DNA from: Auanema rhodensis | Taxonomy: Eukaryota > Animalia > Nematoda | Direction of reading: 5' to 3' | Assembly (NCBI GenBank): GCA_964057225.1 | Contig: OZ059899.1 | Coordinates: forward strand, 4,340,001 to 4,404,000 | DNA: 64,000 nt | Part shown: positions 24,101 through 35,800 of the stretch, one piece after another | Layout of the letters: each line of letters starts with the position of its first letter | Position numbering within the stretch: position 1 is the first letter of the stretch | The notes under the pieces: model-generated | Seen by the model: only the letters and a program-made list of their open reading frames with translations | What the model was told of the DNA's origin: nothing | Databases searched by the model: none | Translations under genes and position numbers: made by a program

Positions 24101-27100
24101 AACCTCTTAATCAAAAATTTTAGTTGTGAATATTAATCTTCTAATCTAATTTTTGTTTCAATCATTTTGTAAATCTCCTGAAAAAAATATAGAAAAGTAA
24201 AGAACTTGAAGAATAAAACCAAAACTACTGTTGGAGATATGGGTAATCGAACCCCAGACTTCTCGCATGCAAAGCGAGCGCTCTACCCTTGAGCTATATC
24301 CCCACATTCGACAGAGTTAATGACTGTGAGTTTGTTCGAACTTGAAGAACCTCTTGATCAAAAATTTTAGTTGTGAATATTAATCTCCTAATCTAATTTT
24401 TCTTTCAATCATTTTGTAAATCTCCTGAAAAAAAATATAGAAAAGTAAAGAACTTGAAGAATAAAACCAAAACTACTGTTGGAGATATGGGGAATCGAAC
24501 CCCAGACTTCTCGCATGCAAAGCGAGCGCTCTACCCCTGAGCTATATCCCCACATTTGACAGAATATATGACTGTGAGTTTGTTCAAACTTGAAGAACCT
24601 CTTGAACAAAAATTTTAGTTGTGAATATTAATCTCCTAATCTAATTTTTCTTTCAATCATTTTGTAAATTTCCTGAAAAAAAATATAGAAAAGTAAAGAA
24701 CTTGAAGAATTAAACCAAAACTACTGTTGGAGATATGGGGAATCGAACCCCAGACTTCTCGCATGCAAAGCGAGCGCTCTACCCCTGAGCTATATCCCCA
24801 CATTTGACAGAATATATGACTGTGAGTTTGTTCAAACTTGAAGAACCTCTTGAACAAAAATTTTAGTTGTGAATATTAATCTCCTAATCTAATTTTTGTT
24901 TCAATCATTTTGTAAATCTCTTGAAAAAAAATATAGAAAAGTAAAGAACTTGAAGAATAAAACCAAAACTACTGTTGGAGATATGGGGAATCGAACCCCA
25001 GACTTCTCGCATGCAAAGCGAGCGCTCTACCCCTGAGCTATATCCCCACATTTGACAGAATATATGACTGTGAGTTTTTTCAAACTTGAAGAAGCTCTTG
25101 ATCAAAAATTTTAGTTGTGAATATTAATCTCCTAATCTAATTTTTGTTTCAATCATTTTGTAAATCTCTTGAAAAAAAATATAGAAAAGTTAAGAACTCG
25201 AAGAATAAAACCAAAACTACTGTTGGAGATATGGGGAATCGAACCCTAGACTTCTCGCATGCAAAGCGAGCGCTCTACCCCTGAGCTATATCCCCACATT
25301 CGACAGAATATATGACCGTGAGTTTGTTCAAACTTGAAGAACCTCTTAATCAAAAATTTTAGTTGTGAATATTAATCTTCTAATCTAATTTTTGTTTCAA
25401 TCATTTTGTAAATCTCTTGAAAAAAAATATAGAAAAGTAAAGAACTTGAAGAATAAAAGCAAAACTACTGTTGGAGATATGGGGAATCGAACCCCAGATT
25501 TCTCGCATGCAAAGCGAGAGCTCTACCCCTGAGCTATATCCCCACATTCGACAGAATATATGACTGTGAGTTTGTTCGAACTTGAAGAACCTCTTGATCA
25601 AAAATTTTAGTTGTGAATATTAATCTCCTAATCTAATTTTTCTTTCAATCATTTTGTAAATTTCCTGAAAAAAAATATAGAAAAGTAAAGAACTTGAAGA
25701 ATTAAACCAAAACTACTGTTGGAGATATGGGGAATCGAACCCCAGACTTCTCGCATGCAAAGCGAGCGCTCTACCCCTGAGCTATATCCCCACATTCGAC
25801 AGAATATATGACCGTGAGTTTGTTCAAACTTGAAGAACCTCTTAATCAAAAATTTTAGTTGTGAATATTAATCTCCTAATCTAATTTTTGTTTTAATCAT
25901 TTTGTAAATCTCCTGAAAAAAAATATATAAAAGTAAAGAACTTGAAGAATAAAACCAAAACTACTGTTGGAGATATGGGGAATCGAACCCCAGATTTCTC
26001 GCATGCAAAGCGAGAGCTCTACCCCTGAGCTATATCCCCACATTCGACAGAGTTAATGACTGTGAGTTTGTTCGAACTTGAAGAACCTCTTGATCAAAAA
26101 TTTTAGTTGTGAATATTAATCTCCTAATCTAATTTTTCTTTCAATCATTTTGTAAATCTCCTGAAAAAAAATATAGAAAAGTTAAGAACTCGAAGAATAA
26201 AACCAAAACTACTGTTGGAGATATGGGGAATCGAACCCCAGATTTCTCGCATGCAAAGCGAGCGCTCTACCCTTGAGCTATATCCCCACATTCGACAGAG
26301 TTAATGACTGTGAGTTTGTTCGAACTTGAAGAACCTCTTGATCAAAAATTTTAGTTGTGAATATTAATCTCCTAATCTAATTTTTCTTTCAATCATTTTG
26401 TAAATCTCCTGAAAAAAAATATAGAAAAGTAAAGAACTTGAAGAATAAAACCAAAACTACTGTTGGAGATATGGGGAATCGAACCCCAGACTTCTCGCAT
26501 GCAAAGCGAGCGCTCTACCCCTGAGCTATATCCCCACATTTGACAGAATATATGACTGTGAGTTTGTTCAAACTTGAAGAACCTCTTGAACAAAAATTTT
26601 AGTTGTGAATATTAATCTCCTAATCTAATTTTTCTTTCAATCATTTTGTAAATTTCCTGAAAAAAAATATAGAAAAGTAAAGAACTTGAAGAATTAAACC
26701 AAAACTACTGTTGGAGATATGGGGAATCGAACCCCAGACTTCTCGCATGCAAAGCGAGCGCTCTACCCCTGAGCTATATCCCCACATTTGACAGAATATA
26801 TGACTGTGAGTTTGTTCAAACTTGAAGAACCTCTTGAACAAAAATTTTAGTTGTGAATATTAATCTCCTAATCTAATTTTTGTTTCAATCATTTTGTAAA
26901 TCTCTTGAAAAAAAATATAGAAAAGTAAAGAACTTGAAGAATAAAACCAAAACTACTGTTGGAGATATGGGGAATCGAACCCCAGACTTCTCGCATGCAA
27001 AGCGAGCGCTCTACCCCTGAGCTATATCCCCACATTTGACAGAATATATGACTGTGAGTTTTTTCAAACTTGAAGAAGCTCTTGATCAAAAATTTTAGTT

Positions 27101-30100
27101 GTGAATATTAATCTCCTAATCTAATTTTTGTTTCAATCATTTTGTAAATCTCTTGAAAAAAAATATAGAAAAGTTAAGAACTCGAAGAATAAAACCAAAA
27201 CTACTGTTGGAGATATGGGGAATCGAACCCCAGACTTCTCGCATGCAAAGCGAGCGCTCTACCCCTGAGCTATATCCCCACATTCGACAGAATATATGAC
27301 CGTGAGTTTGTTCAAACTTGAAGAACCTCTTAATCAAAAATTTTAGTTGTGAATATTAATCTTCTAATCTAATTTTTGTTTCAATCATTTTGTAAATCTC
27401 TTGAAAAAAAATATAGAAAAGTAAAGAACTTGAAGAATAAAAGCAAAACTACTGTTGGAGATATGGGGAATCGAACCCCAGATTTCTCGCATGCAAAGCG
27501 AGAGCTCTACCCCTGAGCTATATCCCCACATTCGACAGAATATATGACTGTGAGTTTGTTCGAACTTGAAGAACCTCTTGATCAAAAATTTTAGTTGTGA
27601 ATATTAATCTCCTAATCTAATTTTTCTTTCAATCATTTTGTAAATTTCCTGAAAAAAAATATAGAAAAGTAAAGAACTTGAAGAATTAAACCAAAACTAC
27701 TGTTGGAGATATGGGGAATCGAACCCCAGACTTCTCGCATGCAAAGCGAGCGCTCTACCCCTGAGCTATATCCCCACATTCGACAGAATATATGACCGTG
27801 AGTTTGTTCAAACTTGAAGAACCTCTTAATCAAAAATTTTAGTTGTGAATATTAATCTCCTAATCTAATTTTTGTTTTAATCATTTTGTAAATCTCCTGA
27901 AAAAAAATATATAAAAGTAAAGAACTTGAAGAATAAAACCAAAACTACTGTTGGAGATATGGGGAATCGAACCCCAGATTTCTCGCATGCAAAGCGAGAG
28001 CTCTACCCCTGAGCTATATCCCCACATTCGACAGAGTTAATGACTGTGAGTTTGTTCGAACTTGAAGAACCTCTTGATCAAAAATTTTAGTTGTGAATAT
28101 TAATCTCCTAATCTAATTTTTCTTTCAATCATTTTGTAAATTTCCTGAAAAAAAATATAGAAAAGTAAAGAACTTGAAGAATAAAACCAAAACTACTGTT
28201 GGAGATATGGGGAATCGAACCCCAGACTTCTCGCATGCAAAGCGAGCGCTCTACCCCTGAGCTATATCCCCACATTCGACAGAATATATGACTGTGAGTT
28301 TGTTCAAACTTGAAGAACCTCTTGATCAAAAATTTTAGTTGTGAATATTAATCTCCTAATCTAATTTTTGTTTTAATCATTTTGTAAATCTCCTGAAAAA
28401 AAATATATAGAAGTAAAGAACTTGAAGAATAAAACCAAAACTACTGTTGGAGATATGGGGAATCGAACCCCAGACTTCTCGCATGCAAAGCAAGCGCTCT
28501 ACCCCTGAGCTATATCCCCACATTCGACAGAATATATGACTGTGAGTTTGTTCAAACTTGAAGAACCTCTTGATCAAAAATTTTAGTTGTGAATATTAAT
28601 CTCCTAATCTAATTTTTGTTTCAATCATTTTGTTAATCTCCTGAAAAAAAATATAGAAAAGTTAAGAACTCGAAGAATAAAACCAAAACTACTGTTGGAG
28701 ATATGGGGAATCGAACCCCAGATTTCTCGCATGCAAAGCGAGCGCTCTACCCCTGAGCTATATCCCCACATTCGACAGAATATATGACTGTGAGTTTGTT
28801 CAAACTTGAAGAACCTCTTGATCAAAAATTTTAGTTGTGAATATTAATCTCCTAATCTAATTTTTGTTTTAATCATTTTGTAAATCTCCTGAAAAAAAAT
28901 ATATAGAAGTAAAGAACTTGAAGAATAAAACCAAAACTACTGTTGGAGATATGGGGAATCGAACCCCAGACTTCTCGCATGCAAAGCGAGCGCTCTACCC
29001 CTGAGCTATATCCCCACATTCGACAGAATATATGACTGTGAGTTTGTTCAAACTTGAAGAACCTCTTGATCAAAAATTTTAGTTGTGAATATTAATCTCC
29101 TAATCTAATTTTTATTTTAATCATTTTGTAAATCTTCTGAAAAAAAATATATAAAAGTAAAGAACTTGAAGAATCAAACCAAAACTACTGTTGGAGATAT
29201 GGGGAATCGAACCCCAGACTTCTCGCATGCAAAGCGAGCGCTCTACCCCTGAGCTATATCCCCACATTCGACAGAATATATGACCGTGAGTTTGTTCAAA
29301 CTTGAAGAACCTCTTAATCAAAAATTTTAGTTGTGAATATTAATCTTCTAATCTAATTTTTGTTTCAATCATTTTGTAAATCTCCTGAAAAAAAATATAG
29401 AAAAGTAAAGAACTTGAAGAATAAAACCAAAACTACTGTTGGAGATATGGGGAATCGAACCCCAGATTTCTCGCATGCAAAGCGAGAGCTCTACCCCTGA
29501 GCTATATCCCCACATTCGACAGAATATATGACTGTGAGTTTGTTCAAACTTGAAGAACCTCTTGATCAAAAATTTTAGTTGTGAATATTAATCTCCTAAT
29601 CTAATTTTTGTTTCAATCATTTTGTTAATCTCCTGAAAAAAAATATAGAAAAGTTAAGAACTCGAAGAATAAAACCAAAACTACTGTTGGAGATATGGGG
29701 AATCGAACCCCAGACTTCTCGCATGCAAAGCGAGCGCTCTACCCCTGAGCTATATCCCCACATTCGACAGAATATATGACCGTGAGTTTGTTCAAACTTG
29801 AAGAACCTCTTAATCAAAAATTTTAGTTGTGAATATTAATCTTCTAATCTAATTTTTGTTTCAATCATTTTGTAAATCTCCTGAAAAAAAATATAGAAAA
29901 GTAAAGAACTTGAAGAATAAAACCAAAACTACTGTTGGAGATATGGGGAATCGAACCCCAGATTTCTCGCATGCAAAGCGAGAGCTCTACCCCTGAGCTA
30001 TATCCCCACATTCGACAGAATATATGACTGTGAGTTTGTTCAAACTTGAAGAACCTCTTGATCAAAAATTTTAGTTGTGAATATTAATCTCCTAATCTAA

Positions 30101-30734
30101 TTTTTGTTTTAATCATTTTGTAAATCTCCTGAAAAAAAATATAGAAAAGTAAAGAACTTGAAGAATAAAACCAAAACTACTGTTGGAGATATGGGGAATC
30201 GAACCCCAGATTTCTCGCATGCAAAGCGAGAGCTCTACCCCTGAGCTATATCCCCACATTCGACAGAATATATGACTGTGAGTTTGTTCAAACTTGAAGA
30301 ACCTCTTGATCAAAAATTTTAGTTGTGAATATTAATCTCCTAATCTAATTTTTGTTTTAATCATTTTGTAAATCTCCTGAAAAAAAATATATAGAAGTAA
30401 AGAACTTGAAGAATAAAACCAAAACTACTGTTGGAGATATGGGGAATCGAACCCCAGACTTCTCGCATGCAAAGCAAGCGCTCTACCCCTGAGCTATATC
30501 CCCACATTCGACAGAATATATGACTGTGAGTTTGTTCAAACTTGAAGAACCTCTTGATCAAAAATTTTAGTTGTGAATATTAATCTCCTAATCTAATTTT
30601 TGTTTCAATCATTTTGTTAATCTCCTGAAAAAAAATATAGAAAAGTTAAGAACTCGAAGAATAAAACCAAAACTACTGTTGGAGATATGGGGAATCGAAC
30701 CCCAGACTTCTCGCATGCAAAGCGAGCGCTCTAC
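21140..30734 (-). repeat. Tandem tRNA-Ala(TGC) array, segment 2 (~38 complete genes plus the 3' part of the interrupted gene)
   Basis: 248-bp periodicity; first tRNA at 21257-21328. Confidence 0.97.
30680..30734 (-). pseudogene. 3' part of the tRNA-Ala gene split by the gypsy insertion (includes TSD copy CTAC at 30731-30734)
   Basis: tRNA sequence stops at ...gagcgctctac and resumes at 42806 with ctacccctgagc. Confidence 0.95.
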
Positions 30735-31100
30735 CGTTCCATTATGCTGCTACGTATATTGAACAGACCATTGTAGTCTGCTCAACTACGCGTATAGTAT
30801 TCCATAAGTGTAGCGGTCTGGAAACAGAGCATAAGGATTACATAAGATAAGGAAATATATAGGTTTATTATACACAATACAATATCATTACAATACAATA
30901 ACACAAGGATAAAGTAAACTACATTTACAAGACAAAGACTAATATATAAGATTAACTAAGTTAGATGCAAACCGTCCATGGGCTTGCAAAGGGGCGAACT
31001 CCCGAATAGGGGCATGAGGGAAGGCGGTGCCATTCCTCATTCCTCTAGTCGGTCTGGCTCTAACCCTGCAGTTACATATATAGAGTCTCCGAATGGAACG
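30735..31100 (-). repeat. Gypsy element 3' LTR (366 bp)
   Basis: Direct repeat of 42440-42805 with two substitutions seen; 9-bp terminal inverted repeat CGTTCCATT...AATGGAACG; minus-strand AATAAA at 30864-30869. Confidence 0.96.
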
Positions 31101-31111
31101 TGCCCTTTTTC
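31101..31111 (-). promoter_or_regulatory. Polypurine tract of the gypsy element
   Basis: Minus strand GAAAAAGGG-CA lies directly before the 3' LTR. Confidence 0.75.
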
Positions 31112-31801
31112 AAAGATTGTCGCGACCTCGCGATATTTTAAACAAAAATTTGGGCTTATATGTAACTGAGTTTTAGAGTTCAATTGTTTTAGCTTCACAA
31201 TAACTATAGTATGATAGAGTTTTAGTTAGTATACAAACAAAATTACAATAATTTATAAGAAGGGTTCAATATAATATGAAGTGACGATGAATTAGAATAT
31301 TATTAATTTCATAAATTAATTATCTTAATATTCAAGCATTTCCTAATAGAGATTGTAGAATAAGGGGCTAGTAATGAATGGGAATATGTTATTATTTTGA
31401 CTAATGGTCTCAAGAAGTACTCATTTCTAAATTGAACCGAGATTATGATTTAATAATGTGTCTCCATATGTCTCCCAGAGTGAATCCTTGATTACTAATG
31501 GAGACTACCACTTAAGATGAAATTGTGGTTGATACGCCTACCAGTGTTTATCTCATCTTATTTGGAGAGGCACATGGAGCTCGGATGGTTGTCAAAATGT
31601 CCTCTAGTCCGCATAGGATTACGGTAACTTGGAACCATTAGTCATAACATCTCCTCGTTTAGAATTTGTCTTATTTTTCCTTTCTCAATCTCTATTAAAT
31701 GCTATTTTTATTTTGAATGTTATTTAGCATTAATTTTTTTTTTTTTCTAATTCATCGTTATTTTGTTACAATAATTTAAATAACGTAGCATTATCTTGTT
31801 G

Positions 31802-32875
31802 TTATTCTTCTTCATTCCTCGGAAGCCATATTTCGTCTTCATTTTCATCTTCTGGCTCTGTATCTATGCTATCCTTGTTGTTCCTGTTGATCACTTCTAT
31901 TATTTCGATGTCGCTATCTTCTTCTGCTTGACTTTCTCGAAACCTTGCGCGAGTGTTGTAAGAGATGTTTTGTGAAGCAGGAGAGAAGATTTTCAAGTTA
32001 TCTTTGTGGATATCTTGTAGTTTTCCTGATGAATTTCTGATTTGAACTTTTGATCCTTCTACGTTGATGACTTCGTATGGTCCATCATAGCTTTTCCGAA
32101 GCTTTTGGCCGATTTGGTGTGATTTTATAGTCGTCATCACCATGTCGCCCGGTTGAATGTCTCTATGGTGTGCTCTTTGCGTTCTATCTTTCTTCTTTTT
32201 CGCATTTTCTTGATTTTTAGCTATGCGGTTCTTTATTATTTCGTCTCTCTTGTCCATATCTGGTCTTCTTTGGAGTAATTCTTCAGAAATTTCTTGAATT
32301 TTGGTGATCGTTTCTGGTAATTCAGCGTCCATTGACATTCTGCATTCTTTACCGAATAATGCAATGTATGGCGCAATCCCTGTAGTCGCGTGCTGAATAT
32401 TGTTAATAGCAAAAGTGATTTTTGGTAATACAGTATCCCAGTCACTAAGGTCCTCTTTTAAGTAGTGGGTTAATCCTTCTTCGAGGGTTCTGTGAAGTCT
32501 TTCCACTTGTCCATTTGAGTTTTTTTGGTGTGGTAGTGTTGGTTCATGTTTGATTCCAAGTTTAGTACACATTTCTTCGAACTTTTTAGATACAAAGTTC
32601 GAACCTCTATCGGTGATCAAGCGATGGGGTGGTCCAAAAATGTAAACGAAATGTCTTAGAAATCGGTCAATTGTGATTTCCGTTGTTATTTGTGGTACAG
32701 CAATTGTTGTTGACCATTTTGTAAATGCGTCTTGCATGGTAATGACGTAGGTACAGTTTCTTTTTGAAGGGGGAAATGGTCCCATTACGTCCATGTGGAC
32801 TCGTTCAAATGGCTTGCTTGGTATCTCAAAATGACCTATTGGTTGTACCGTCATGGAATGTGGATCTTTGAGCAC
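31802..32875 (-). CDS. Integrase catalytic core and C-terminal domain, separated from the polyprotein by a frameshift near 32860
   Basis: PFERVHMDVMGP, ITDRGSNF, NGQVERLHRTLEE (D-D-E) and YDGPYEV (GPY/F); the HHCC domain is at the end of the upstream ORF. Confidence 0.92.
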   Translation of the reverse strand: MLKDPHSMTVQPIGHFEIPSKPFERVHMDVMGPFPPSKRNCTYVITMQDAFTKWSTTIAVPQITTEITIDRFLRHFVYIFGPPHRLITDRGSNFVSKKFEEMCTKLGIKHEPTLPHQKNSNGQVERLHRTLEEGLTHYLKEDLSDWDTVLPKITFAINNIQHATTGIAPYIALFGKECRMSMDAELPETITKIQEISEELLQRRPDMDKRDEIIKNRIAKNQENAKKKKDRTQRAHHRDIQPGDMVMTTIKSHQIGQKLRKSYDGPYEVINVEGSKVQIRNSSGKLQDIHKDNLKIFSPASQNISYNTRARFRESQAEEDSDIEIIEVINRNNKDSIDTEPEDENEDEIWLPRNEEE

Positions 32876-35800
32876 ATTTAATGCAGTTCTTGATAAATAT
32901 AGTAATGTCGTTCTGCATATTTGTCCAATAGAATCTTCTTAGAATTGCTTCTTTTGTTTTAATAATTCCTTGATGTGCTGCAATTGTAGGATCCTCATGA
33001 AAAACTTTGATTATTTCCTCAATTATGGGGTGTTCTTGTGGTATTACGATAGCGGGTTGTGGCTTTTTGTCTGTTGGTTTTGTATAGAGCAAGTCATTTA
33101 TGACACAATATCTGTCATTAGCTGTCATGTTCTTTTGTGCTCTATATTCAATCTCCGCTATCGTCCGTTTAATCCAAGGGGTGTTTAGTTGAATTTCCTT
33201 TATTGTTGGTGTATTTATGGCGTTAATGTGAATTTCTTCTATTTTCTTCTTCTTTGTTTCCGGCTTAGCATCGTTAGCTTCTTCACCTATATATCGAGAT
33301 AGAGCATCGCATACTTTATTTAATTGGCCTGCGCGATATTTTATTTCAATATCATATTCTTGGATGACCAGCTGGAACTTCGCAAGACGACCAAATAAGT
33401 CTCTGCGTGTCATTAAGCTGGTAAGGGGTCGATGGTCCGTAATACATATAGTATGAGTTCCAAGAATGTATGTACGGAATTGATTTAATGCATATACAAG
33501 GCCTAATGCTTCTATCTCGATTGGTGCGTAGTTACGTTCGGCTTTAACTAGTTTTCTGCTTGCAAATGCGATAGGGTGTAGATTTTTCAGAGGTTGTTTT
33601 GGATCTTCCGGTTGTAATAATACAGCACCTATGGCGATGTTACTACCGTCGCTTTCAACTATAAACAAGCGGTCCGATTTAGGTGGGCTTAAAACGGGTG
33701 CCTGTATTAAACTTCTTTTAAGGAGGTCTAAAGCTTCTTTATGTTTGTTTTCCCATTTGAATTCAGTATCTGCCTTTGTCAGATCGTATAAAGGGCTTGC
33801 GATACGTGCAAAATCTTTCATGAATTTGCGAAAGAATCCAACCATTCCCAAGAATGCTCGTACACCTGTTGCATTCTTTGGTGCCGGATAATCTTGTATG
33901 GCGGCGACTTTTTGAGGGTCAGGTTTTATACCTTGACGTCCTACAATAAGTCCTAGAAATTTCACTTCTGGTTGAGCAAAAGCGCATTTCTTAAGCTTTA
34001 TCTTCATTCCCAATTCTTCTACTGCTTGCAGTAAATCATCGATATCTTTGAGATGTTGTTCTCTTGTATCAGATATAACTAATAGATCGTCCAAATAAAC
34101 AAATAGTTTACAAGAACATTTACTTTGCAAATACCTTACTGCTGTTTGAAAGGTATGAGGGGCTCCACAAAGGCCCATCGGCATCCGTTTGTACTGGTAT
34201 GTGCCGGATGTGGTCGTAAATGCTGTTAGTGGTCGATCTGATTTTCTCAAGGATATTTGAAAAAATCCTGACACTAAATCGAAGTTTGAGAAAAATTGGG
34301 CGCCTGCTGCCAAATCAACTATGTCAGAAATGCTTGGAATGACATAAGTTTGCTTGCGTGTGACATTATTTAAAGCTCGAAAATCTGTCACAAACCTATA
34401 CGTGTCATCTTTCTTCTTAACTAGTACTACAGGGCTATTAAATAGAGATGTAGAAGGCTCTATTATGCCTTGCTCAAGCATTTCTTTGACTTGTTTTTCA
34501 ATTTCTTCCTGTTTTCCTAAGGGAATACGTGTTATTCTCGGCTTTGGCATATCCATATCTGTTCTCAATGGTATGGTATGCTCTATAGGACCTTTAAATA
34601 AGCCTATTTTCCTGTCCTCGTTAAGAAATGCCTCACGATGGCTTTCAATTATTTTTGTAAGCTCATGTTTTTCTTCTTTCGTGAGATCAGCATTCTCTAG
34701 ATCAAGATCTTTTATGAAGTCTCTTGGAAAATATGGTAGTTTACTCTCCCAATCGGCTTCTGGCGGAACATATGGTAGAATTGGCTTATGCTTAAAGGGT
34801 TCACAAGCCGGAATTTCTCCAATTATTGCCTGTCCGATGACTGAATTAGCTTCCATAGCTATTGTTCCATCGGTATCGTTACGGAACATAACATATACTC
34901 CACTGGTATCACGAAACGCAGTTGGATATAATGATTTTAATGCGCTTCCACTATCCCCTAAGACAACCACTTCGTTAGATTCTAGTGGTTTATCTGTCTT
35001 TATTGGGATAGGTGCCTCTTCATCAGGCTTTAATGTTTTTGTTCTTAAATTAATGATATTCACAGTTATCTCCGTATGCTTAATAGATTCGTTTCCTATT
35101 AATGGGATGGCATTGTTTCCAATCTCCAACCTCTTCTTGGATGGTTTAAGGCTGACGTCGATGTTTTCGCTGTCAAGCGCTTTCATGAAATCTAGTCCAA
35201 TTAAAGCGGGAGCAGGACAGTCATGATCGTTTGAGACCAAAAAGGTATGTTCGATCTCGTAGCCGGCAATTTCAATTACAAGATTTATCTTTCCATAAAA
35301 TGTGAAAGTGGACTTGTTGGCTGCCATCGCTACTAAATGTCTCTTCTTGACATTTTCGGTCATGTTCAGATATTTGAGGGTGGAGAGCCTAACATATGAC
35401 ACTGATGAGCCTGAATCCCATAAAGCTAAAATCAGTTTATCTTCAACTGATATATATATTAATGGTAACTTTGTTTCCGCTGATGCAATAGAAGCAACAA
35501 ATGGTATTGCGATTGGAATAAATGTTACTAACGCAGGATAGTATTGCTTCATGATGTTATCTGGCATCTGTTGGTCTGGGCGGCTTACAAGTTCCAATGT
35601 TTCTTCATAGCCTGGGGGCTCATTATCTATTTCATGGACATGCATTACGGTTAGTGGAGTGGCTCTGAAGAACCAAAATTTAGCAACAACGAAAAGAATT
35701 ATTAATACTGCGGCAATCGTGACTATTGATCCTATAAAGATGAGTGTTCTCTCAATTGAACCTATTAGAAATTGTTTTACGCTAGTCCAGGCGGAAGTTG

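Noticed and set aside
30978-31169. Duplicated small ORF MGLQRGELPNRG (also 42683-42868)
   Set aside because: Duplicated only because it lies in the LTR; it runs out of the LTR with different ends.
34354-35226. 290-aa plus-strand ORF and other short ORFs antisense to pol/env in both elements
   Set aside because: Shadow frames of the real coding strand with no recognisable motifs.
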